This document shows, one piece after another, positions 51,814 to 58,899 of a stretch of 64,000 nucleotides of DNA; position 1 is the stretch's first letter; the number at the start of each line of letters is the position of its first letter. The position numbers and the translations under genes are program-made. Under the pieces are notes generated by a model, which saw only the letters and a program-made list of their open reading frames with translations, was not told the origin of the DNA and made no database searches. This stretch comes from Coriobacteriia bacterium (GTDB lineage Bacteria; Actinomycetota; Coriobacteriia; Anaerosomatales; SLCP01): positions 47 through 64,046 of the forward strand of contig JAHYJI010000003.1 in the NCBI GenBank assembly GCA_019429145.1, written 5' to 3'.

Positions 51814-51930
51814 ACGCTCGACCTTTCATCGGGGGCCACACCTGTAGTCTAGACGACCGGGAACCCGTTTGGTGGGCTCCTTGCTTGGTGATGCCTGCGG
51901 CATGCGTCGTGCGGGCAGCGGTTGGTTTAC

Positions 51931-51960
51931 TTGCTCGTGGAATACCCCACAGGGTATGAT
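51931..51960 (+). promoter_or_regulatory. Candidate promoter with overlapping palindromic operator ATACCC-CACA-GGGTAT
   Basis: TTGCTC (51931-51936), an 18-nt spacer, then TATGAT (51955-51960). A perfect 6-4-6 inverted repeat at 51942-51957 spans the spacer and -10 element. Confidence 0.4.
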
Positions 51961-51972
51961 GTCCGGGTATCG

Positions 51973-52698
51973 ATGACTGACGGAAGGTGTTCATTGGACG
52001 CGAAGAAGATACTCCTCTGGGCCGGCGTGGCCCTGGTGATCGTCGTCGGCGCCGTGTTCCTCATGCGGCCGGCGAGCGGCGACGTTCAGAACGTCACCCC
52101 TGATCGAGCCGCGGAACTCGTGGCCGATGGGGTGCGCGTCGTCGACGTGCGGACGCCGGGCGAGTACGACCTCAGCCACATCCCGGGAGCCGAGAACGTC
52201 CCGATGGATGTGCTTGCCTCCGAGGCGTCAGCGTGGGACCCCGGCGAGCCGTTGCTCGTCTACTGCACCACCGGTGCGCGCTCCGCACAGGCGGTCACCT
52301 ACCTGGAGGCGCAGGGCTTCGAGACCATCTATCATCTGGACGCCGGGATCGTCACCTGGTCCGGTGACCTGGAAAAGGGGAGCGAGATCGCGGAGATGCC
52401 CGCGGACGTGAAGCCGGGGGATTCACCGGTGATATACGAGTTCTCCACCGACTGGTGACCCGCCTGCAAAGCGATGAAGCCTGTGGTCGACAGGCTCAAG
52501 CAGGAGTACGAGGGTAGGGTCGAGTTCCGGATCTACGACGTTGACAAGGACTCCGAGGGACAGGAGCTTATGCGGCAGTACGGTGCCCAGTACGTGCCGA
52601 CCTTCGTGTTCGTCAACAGTGATGGAACCGAGGCAAACCGTGCTGTCGGGGAGACCTCGGAGAGTGAGATGCGCAGACTGCTTGACTCTTTGCAGTAG
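51973..52698 (+). CDS. Membrane-anchored rhodanese-thioredoxin fusion with in-frame TGA at the CxxC nucleophile position (candidate selenoprotein, W-U-P-A-C)
   Basis: ORFs 51922-52458 and 52474-52698 are in the same frame and are separated only by TGA 52456-52458. Joined sequence: ...GDSPVIYEFSTDW[TGA]PACKAMKPVVDRLKQEYEGRVEFRIYDVD...YVPTFVFVNSDG..., a complete thioredoxin fold. The rhodanese active-site loop VYCTTGARS lies upstream. The start could be ATG 51973, or TTG 51994 after GGAAGG. Confidence 0.65.
52478..52496 (+). other. SECIS-like hairpin downstream of the in-frame TGA
   Basis: AGCCTGT-GGTCG-ACAGGCT, a 7-bp stem. The GGUC-containing apical loop lies 27-33 nt after the UGA. Confidence 0.5.
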
Positions 52699-53153
52699 AC
52701 CCGTGATAGGCGTTTCGCCCGCGGGGGTACAAACTTGATAGGCCCGGACCGGGACCGCAGGTCGGGTCTGGACAGTATCCGAGGCGGTCGAGAGGGTGAA
52801 TGCATCTCATTGGATGAGACGCAGAGCCAGGATTCAACCGGGATGGCAGACAAGACCTCCGGATGACCTCGCAGTGGAAGCGGTTAGATCGTTGAGAGTG
52901 ATCGATTCGACCAGCCGCCTCGAAGTGAGGCAGGCTTACTAGATACGTTTGGAACGGTAGGACTGGTCGCCGGAGAGTCGGGCATAAGCCCCTGGAAACG
53001 TGAGGATGCGGCCGGGAGTCAGAGCTCGAATGGCCAAGAGTCCTCAAAGGATATCCCTTTGGAGGGGAGCCTCGGGCGGTGCGAAGGCCATCTCGGTTAT
53101 TCCTGTCCGGACGCAGTGAAGAGCCCGCCCCGAGCGGGCTCTCGTGTACCCGC

Positions 53154-53184
53154 GGGACAACCCCGTCTTATGGCGTGATATAAT
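53154..53184 (+). promoter_or_regulatory. Candidate promoter of tRNA-Ala
   Basis: GGGACA (53154-53159), a 19-nt spacer, then TATAAT (53179-53184), 52 nt before the tRNA. Embedded in the short inverted repeat CGTGAT-ata-ATCACG. Confidence 0.35.
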
Positions 53185-53235
53185 CACGCGGCTCCAAGCG
53201 GCCTACCGGCAGCGGTGGCCGCAGGAGACATCCAC

Positions 53236-53310
53236 GGGCGAGTGGCGCAACGGGAGCGCACCTGCTTTGCACGCAGGGGGTTGAGGGTTCGAATCCCTTC
53301 TCGTCCACCA
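53236..53310 (+). tRNA. tRNA-Ala (anticodon UGC), CCA encoded
   Basis: Hand-folded. Acceptor GGGCGAG/CTCGTCC with the G3:U70 alanine identity pair, D arm GCGC-AACGGGA-GCGC, anticodon arm CCTGC-TTTGCAC-GCAGG, T arm GAGGG-TTCGAAT-CCCTT, then ACCA. Confidence 0.9.
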
Positions 53311-53318
53311 ACAGTATC

Positions 53319-53362
53319 GGGCGGCCGACCTCGCAGTAGAGGTCGGCCGCCCTTTGGGTTTT
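53319..53362 (+). terminator. Rho-independent terminator after tRNA-Ala
   Basis: GGGCGGCCGACCTC-gcagta-GAGGTCGGCCGCCC (14-bp stem), followed by TTTGGGTTTT. Confidence 0.75.
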
Positions 53363-53442
53363 CGGGACGCCGGGCGCTCATCCGGAAGAGAGGATAGTGG
53401 TATAGTGACCGCATTCCCGCGGCCCCGATCCCGGCAGAGCCT

Positions 53443-54003
53443 ATGCCCACAACGACAACCCCATCGCTCATCCGCGTCCTCATGCGACCGCTCAGACGAG
53501 CGGTCGTCTTCGCCGCGGTCTGGTGGGTCGTCGCTGAGGCGGATCCCGAGGGCTGGGTGTTCGGCATACCGTTCGTGGCACTTGCCACGGGTGCCTCGCT
53601 CGCGCTCACTCCCACCAGGGAGTGGCGGATCCGGCCGGTCGGCGCGCTCCGGTACGCCGGCTACTTCATCCAGCAGTCAGTTCTAGGGGGCATCGATGTC
53701 TCGATGCGGGCCATCAAGCCGTCCCTGCCGCTCGATCCGCTTATTCTCCGCTATCGGATGCGGCTCGTTCCGGAGTACGCACGAGTGCTCTTCGCGGACA
53801 CGGTGAGTCTTCTTCCCGGCACTCTGAGCTCGGGTTTCGAGGATGACACGATGACGCTGCACGTTCTGGACTGCGAGCTGGATGTGGAGCAGAGTCTGCG
53901 CGACGTCGAGCAGCGCGTGGCCGACGTCTTCGGGCTGGACCTCTCTGCAGAAGGCGGCGAGCTCGCTGCGATCGACGGCGGGGCTGTGGGTGATTGTCGG
54001 TGA
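53443..54003 (+). CDS. mnhE: Mrp/Mnh cation:proton antiporter subunit E
   Basis: 186 aa: ...YFIQQSVLGGIDVSMRAIKPSLPLDPLILRYRMRL..ARVLFADTVSLLPGTLS, typical MnhE. Confidence 0.85.
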   Translation: MPTTTTPSLIRVLMRPLRRAVVFAAVWWVVAEADPEGWVFGIPFVALATGASLALTPTREWRIRPVGALRYAGYFIQQSVLGGIDVSMRAIKPSLPLDPLILRYRMRLVPEYARVLFADTVSLLPGTLSSGFEDDTMTLHVLDCELDVEQSLRDVEQRVADVFGLDLSAEGGELAAIDGGAVGDCR

Positions 54004-54281
54004 AAGTGGTGCTGATCGGGTTTGCGAGCGTGCTCATGCTCACTGTCATCGCGGGACTCATCCGGGTCGAGCGCGGGCCGAACCCTGCGGACCGGATGCT
54101 CGCAGCGCAGCTCTTCGGGACGACCGGTGTCGCTATCCTGCTCCTCCTTGCCGAGGCGATGGAGATCCCGGCGCTCCGAGACGTTGCTCTCGTGTTCGCG
54201 CTGCTGGCTGCGATGGCCGCCGTCGCGTTCGTGAAACGCGCGTGGCATCCGGGTCCTCACGAGAAGGGGGATCCTTCGTGA
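54000..54281 (+). CDS. mnhF: Mrp/Mnh antiporter subunit F
   Basis: GTG 54000 overlaps the mnhE stop (GTGA): VKVVLIGFASVLMLTVIAGLIRVERGPNPADRMLAAQLFGT. Confidence 0.85.
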   Translation: MKVVLIGFASVLMLTVIAGLIRVERGPNPADRMLAAQLFGTTGVAILLLLAEAMEIPALRDVALVFALLAAMAAVAFVKRAWHPGPHEKGDPS

Positions 54282-54577
54282 TCGGCTGGATCTCGATAGC
54301 GCTGATCGCGACCGGGGCCTTCTTCTTCATGGCCGGTTCGACCGGTGTCCTGCGATTCCCCGACGTCTACACGCGTCTCCACGCGCTCACGAAGGCGGAC
54401 AACCTCGGGCTCGGCTTCGTGGTGCTCGGTCTCTCCCTACGGGCGGACTCGTGGATCGTCGTGCTCAAGATGCTCCTGATCTGGTCGCTCGTGATCGTCG
54501 CAGGTGCCACCGCGAGTCACCTGGTGGCCGAAGCCGCACGTATGTCCAACGTGCCGCCGTGGAGGAAGCGCTCGTGA
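54278..54577 (+). CDS. mnhG: Mrp/Mnh antiporter subunit G
   Basis: GTG 54278 in a GTGA overlap: VIGWISIALIATGAFFFMAGSTGVLRFPDVYTRLHALTKADNLG. Confidence 0.85.
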   Translation: MIGWISIALIATGAFFFMAGSTGVLRFPDVYTRLHALTKADNLGLGFVVLGLSLRADSWIVVLKMLLIWSLVIVAGATASHLVAEAARMSNVPPWRKRS

Positions 54578-54879
54578 CCGCGTCAGGGTGGGTCTTCGAC
54601 ATACTGCTCGTCGGCACGCTCGTCTGGCTCGCCGTGCGCGCGCTTGCCGAGGTGAAGCTCTTCAAAGCGGTCGTTCTGTTCATCGCGTTCGGCCTGTTGG
54701 TCGCACTCGCCTGGGTGAGGCTCTCCGCACCCGATATCGCGCTTGCCGAGGCCGCGATCGGTGCGGGCATCACCGGAGCGCTGCTTCTCGATGCGGTGGG
54801 GCACATGCGCGGTCGGGCCGAACCCTACCCCACGTCTCCCGACGCCGAGAAGACGTCCGGGGGTGACGCCGATGGGTAA
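54574..54879 (+). CDS. DUF4040 membrane protein (MnhB N-terminal-like / MbhD-like)
   Basis: GTG 54574 in a GTGA overlap. 101 aa with three TM helices: FDILLVGTLVWLAVRAL..., SAPDIALAEAAIGAGITG. Confidence 0.75.
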   Translation: MTASGWVFDILLVGTLVWLAVRALAEVKLFKAVVLFIAFGLLVALAWVRLSAPDIALAEAAIGAGITGALLLDAVGHMRGRAEPYPTSPDAEKTSGGDADG

Positions 54880-55591
54880 GGTCACGCCGAAGAGTCCACT
54901 GCCGATCCGCATCGCCGCACTCGCCATCTGTGCGGGCGTCGGCGCGCTTCTCTCCCGTGCGGTACTCGCGATACCCGAGACAGAGTCCGGCTTGGCACCG
55001 CTGGTGGACGCCAATCTAGAGGCAAGTGGCGTGAAGAATGCGGTGACCGCAGTGCTCCTGAACTTCCGGGGCTACGACACCTTGCTCGAGATAGCGGTGC
55101 TCATGCTCGCCACCATCGGCGTGCTCTCTCTCAGCGTGACCCAGAAGGGTACGTGGGACCCGATCGCTGCCCAGGCCGATCCCGTCCTCTCCGCGCTCGC
55201 GCGCTTCCTCGCGCCCGTGATGATACTCGTCTCGGGCTACCTGCTCTGGGCCGGGGAGCACGCGCCGGGAGGGGCGTTTCAGGCCGGGTCGGTCGTCGGC
55301 GCGGCGGGCGTCCTGCTCGCGTTGTCGGGCTATGCACGACCGGCGTGGATCAGCCGCTTCGCGCTTCGCGCCGCCATCAGCGTGGGGTTCATCGTGTTCA
55401 TCGCGGTGGCCATCGGCGAGATGATCGCCGGTGGGCTGTTGCTCCAGTACCCCGCGGACCTCGCCAAGACGCTGATGCTTCTCGTGGAAACGTGGCTCAC
55501 GGTCTCCATCGGCGCCATCCTCGTCAGCCTCTTCATCGCGTCGGCCTCGCCTGCCGAGGAACTCCGGATGCGGTCGGGGGGTGAGGGGTGA
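54872..55591 (+). CDS. mnhB: Mrp/Mnh antiporter subunit B
   Basis: ATG 54872 overlaps the previous stop. Motif NAVTAVLLNFRGYDTLLEIAVLMLA is typical of MnhB. Confidence 0.8.
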   Translation: MGKVTPKSPLPIRIAALAICAGVGALLSRAVLAIPETESGLAPLVDANLEASGVKNAVTAVLLNFRGYDTLLEIAVLMLATIGVLSLSVTQKGTWDPIAAQADPVLSALARFLAPVMILVSGYLLWAGEHAPGGAFQAGSVVGAAGVLLALSGYARPAWISRFALRAAISVGFIVFIAVAIGEMIAGGLLLQYPADLAKTLMLLVETWLTVSIGAILVSLFIASASPAEELRMRSGGEG

Positions 55592-55917
55592 GCCAGACCG
55601 ATCTCTATACGCTGGCCGGATCGGCCCTTTTCGTCATCGGACTCTACGGGCTGATGACACGGCCCCACCTGTTGCACAAGGTGCTTGCGCTCAACATCTC
55701 GAGCGCGGGGGTCTTCTTCGTGCTCGTCGGCATCGCGCGGCGGGTTCCCGGAACGACGCCCGACCCCCTGCCACACGCCATGGTGCTCACGGGCATCGTC
55801 GTCACGGTGAGCTCGACCGCGTTCGCGCTCGCGCTGGCCAAGCGGATCTTCACCGAGACGGGTACGGCGGCACTCGACGCGTCCGACGTGGACGTCGAGG
55901 AGGACGCCGGTGACTGA
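55588..55917 (+). CDS. mnhC: Mrp/Mnh antiporter subunit C (NuoK-like)
   Basis: 109 aa: LAGSALFVIGLYGLMTRPHLLHKVLALNISSAGVFFVLV. GTGA overlap with the previous gene. Confidence 0.85.
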   Translation: MSQTDLYTLAGSALFVIGLYGLMTRPHLLHKVLALNISSAGVFFVLVGIARRVPGTTPDPLPHAMVLTGIVVTVSSTAFALALAKRIFTETGTAALDASDVDVEEDAGD

Positions 55918-57400
55918 GTGGATCATGCGGCAGCTGCCCGCACTCGTCATCCTCGTGCCGTTCACGGCGGCACCCCTCGCGTACCTGCTGGGCACGAAGT
56001 TCGGGCGTCCGATCGCGCTCGTCTCGGCACTGCTCTCGCAGCCGCTCGCAGTCCTGCTTGCGATGAGGGTCTCGAGGGAGGGAGCCCTGCGCTACGAGGT
56101 CGGTGGCTGGGGTGGTCCGCTCGGTATCGACCTGGTCGTGGATGGCGTTGCCGCTGTGATGGTCCTTGTGACGACCGTTGTAGGGCTGTTCGTCACCGTG
56201 TACGCGCTCGGCTACTTCGGGGACCGGGAGAGGTACCGTTTCTTCTGGCCGCTCTGGCTCTTCCTGTGGGGCTCGCTGCTCGCGCTCTTCCTCTCGGGGG
56301 ACATCTTCAACCTCTACGTCTGCCTCGAGCTGGTCAGCATGTCGGCGGTCGCGCTGGTTGGGCTGACGTTGCGCCGCGAAGCGCTCGTCGCGGCGATGCG
56401 CTACATGCTCGCCGCCATTCTTGGCTCGCTCTTCTACCTGCTTGGCGTCGCGCTGATCTACGGCGCCTTTGGCAGCGTGGACATGCAGACGCTCCGTGAG
56501 GTCATCCGGGTCGACACCACGGGTCAGGCCGCGCTCGCGCTGATGACGGTGGGGCTCGTGCTCAAGACCGCGCTCTTCCCGCTGCACTTCTGGCTGCCAC
56601 CGGCGCACTCCAACGCACCCTCGCCGGTAAGCGCAGTGCTCTCGGCGCTCGTCATCAAGGGATCCTTCTACATCCTCGTGCGGCTCTGGGTCGATGTGGC
56701 CCAGCCGGCGGCGTTTCCGGGTGTGTCGACCGTGCTCGGCGTGCTCGGTGCGACGGCGATCGTCTGGGGCTCGATCCAGGCGTTACGCCAGGAACGGCTC
56801 AAGATGCTTGTCGCGTATTCGACCGTCGCCCAGATCGGATACCTCTTCCTGATGTTCCCGCTCGTGACCGGGGGAGGACCGGCGGCCGCCGACGCGTGGA
56901 TGGGAGGCGTCTTCCACGCCGCCTCGCACGCGCTCGCCAAGTCGGCGATGTTCCTCGCCGCCGGCACCGTGCTTGCCCGCTTCGGTCACGACCGCATCGA
57001 GGGACTCGGCGGGCTTTCGCGGCGCGCTCCGGCAACAGCGATGACGTTCGGGCTTGCCGGCGTGACGATGATGGGGCTCCCGCCGAGCGGCGGGTTCGTG
57101 GCCAAGTGGCAGATGATCCGCGCCTCGATCGAGTCGGGCCAGTGGTGGTGGGCCGTGGTGGTCGTTGCAGGGGGGCTGCTCGCCGCAGCCTACGTCTTCA
57201 AGGTGGTGGGCCCGTTCTTCGGCCGCGAGCCCGAGGCGCTGGACGAGGCCGATCTCGACCCAGGGCCGTCGCCGTGGACGATGGAGGGCGCCGCACTCGC
57301 GCTCGCACTCGGCTCGCTCGTCCTCGGTGTCCTCGGACAGCCGCTGCTCGATCTGATCATGGTGAGCGCTCCGGCACTCGTGACGGGGGTGACCCCGTGA
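55910..57400 (+). CDS. mnhD: Mrp subunit D-type proton-conducting antiporter-like subunit (NuoN/M-like), copy 1
   Basis: 496 aa, multi-TM, with LHFWLPPAHSNAPSPVSAVLSALVIKGSFY and KMLVAYSTVAQIGY. Confidence 0.85.
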   Translation: MTEWIMRQLPALVILVPFTAAPLAYLLGTKFGRPIALVSALLSQPLAVLLAMRVSREGALRYEVGGWGGPLGIDLVVDGVAAVMVLVTTVVGLFVTVYALGYFGDRERYRFFWPLWLFLWGSLLALFLSGDIFNLYVCLELVSMSAVALVGLTLRREALVAAMRYMLAAILGSLFYLLGVALIYGAFGSVDMQTLREVIRVDTTGQAALALMTVGLVLKTALFPLHFWLPPAHSNAPSPVSAVLSALVIKGSFYILVRLWVDVAQPAAFPGVSTVLGVLGATAIVWGSIQALRQERLKMLVAYSTVAQIGYLFLMFPLVTGGGPAAADAWMGGVFHAASHALAKSAMFLAAGTVLARFGHDRIEGLGGLSRRAPATAMTFGLAGVTMMGLPPSGGFVAKWQMIRASIESGQWWWAVVVVAGGLLAAAYVFKVVGPFFGREPEALDEADLDPGPSPWTMEGAALALALGSLVLGVLGQPLLDLIMVSAPALVTGVTP

Positions 57401-58899
57401 CCTGGGAGACCACAGCGCTCGTCGGTGCGGTTGGTGCGCCGTTCCTGACTGCGGTGCTCATCTTCGTGTTGGGAGAGCACCGTGACGCTGCGCGCTCCCG
57501 CATCAATCTGGCAGGCGCCGCGCTCACCGTCGTCGCGGTTGTCGCGGCAGCGGTTGCGGCGCGGGCGGGCGCTCCGGATGCGTATCCGAGTGCGGGCATC
57601 GCGCTGCTCGACATCGGGTTCAGCCTGCGAGCCGACATGCTCGGCGTGCTCTTCGCGGTCGTGGCGGGCGTACTCTGGCTCATCACCACGGTCTACGCCA
57701 TCGGCTACATGTCGCATGCGAGCGACCGCGCGCGCTTCTTCGGCTTCTTCTCGGTGTGTGTGGGCTCGGCCATAGGCATCGCGCTCTCCGCAAACCTGCT
57801 CACGTTCTTCGTCTTCTACGAGGTGCTGACGCTCGCGACCTATCCCCTGGTCATCCACTCGGGCACCCCCGCCGCGCTTAAGGGTGGGCGAACCTACCTC
57901 ACCTATGCGCTGCCTGCAGGCGGGGCGCTGGCTGCCGGTGTGGTCTGGCTCAACCTGATCGCCGGCCCGGTGGAGTTCGCTGCGGGCGGCTCGCTGGATC
58001 CTGCTCTCGCCTCGACGCATCCCGGCGCACTGATAGCGATCTTCGCGCTGCTCATGCTCGGCGTCGGGGTGAAGGCCGCGCTCTTCCCCCTGCACGGATG
58101 GCTTCCGGCCGCGATGGTCGCGCCGGCTCCGGTGAGTTCGCTGCTGCACGCGGTAGCGGTGGTCAAGGCGGGCGTGTTCGGCATCGCACGCATCGTGCTC
58201 GAGGTCTACGGACCCCTCGGACACGAGCTGGGGGTCACGCAGGTGTTGGCAGCGCTCGCCGGCTTCACGATCATCTTCGGCTCGGTGCGCGCGCTCGCGC
58301 AGGATGACTTCAAGAAGAGACTTGCGTACTCCACGGTAGCTCAGCTCTCCTACATCACACTCGGCGTTGCACTCGCCAGCCCGATCGCGATTGCGGGCGG
58401 TATCGCGCACCTCGCGCACCATGCCGCGATGAAGATCACCATGTTTTTCACCGCCGGCGCCGTCGCCGAGGAGGTCAAGGCGTACCGGGTCAGCGAGTTC
58501 GACGGTCTCGGGCGGAGAATGCCACTCACGATGACGGCGTTCTCGCTTGCGGCCATCGGCATAGTCGGCGTGCCGCCGGTGGCGGGCTTTACCAGCAAGT
58601 GGCTGCTCGGGGTCGGCGGGGTGGACGCCGGAACCGGCTGGGTCGTCGCGGTGCTCGGCATCAGCAGCGTGCTCAACGCAGCCTACTTCTTCCCGATCAT
58701 CCACCGGGCGTGGTTCCGCACGCCCAAGCCCGAGTGGGCACACGGGCCCGCGGCAGGGAAGCCCGAGGGTGATATGCGGATGATCGTGCCGCTGGTCATC
58801 ACGGCAGCCATCGGGCTGGCCATGGGTGTGTTCGCCGGAGCGGATCTCTCACCGGCGTCCTGGGCGCAGACCATCGCAGGATGGGAGTTCCCATGGTGA
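57397..58899 (+). CDS. Antiporter-like subunit (NuoM/MnhD-like), copy 2
   Basis: GTG 57397 in a GTGA overlap. Motifs LHGWLPAAMVAPAPVSSLLHAVAVVKAGVFG and KRLAYSTVAQLSY. The 167 N-terminal codons of the listed 667-aa ORF overlap copy 1 and were discarded. Confidence 0.85.
   Translation: MTWETTALVGAVGAPFLTAVLIFVLGEHRDAARSRINLAGAALTVVAVVAAAVAARAGAPDAYPSAGIALLDIGFSLRADMLGVLFAVVAGVLWLITTVYAIGYMSHASDRARFFGFFSVCVGSAIGIALSANLLTFFVFYEVLTLATYPLVIHSGTPAALKGGRTYLTYALPAGGALAAGVVWLNLIAGPVEFAAGGSLDPALASTHPGALIAIFALLMLGVGVKAALFPLHGWLPAAMVAPAPVSSLLHAVAVVKAGVFGIARIVLEVYGPLGHELGVTQVLAALAGFTIIFGSVRALAQDDFKKRLAYSTVAQLSYITLGVALASPIAIAGGIAHLAHHAAMKITMFFTAGAVAEEVKAYRVSEFDGLGRRMPLTMTAFSLAAIGIVGVPPVAGFTSKWLLGVGGVDAGTGWVVAVLGISSVLNAAYFFPIIHRAWFRTPKPEWAHGPAAGKPEGDMRMIVPLVITAAIGLAMGVFAGADLSPASWAQTIAGWEFPW

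Noticed and set aside
52968-52991. CCGGAGAGTCGGGCATAAGCCC, vaguely like the RNase P RNA P4 strand GAGGAAAGTCCGGGC
   Set aside because: The universally conserved partners (AGGGTGAAA..GGTAAGAGC, ACAGAA.CCGGCTTA) are absent on either strand. It is not RNase P RNA.
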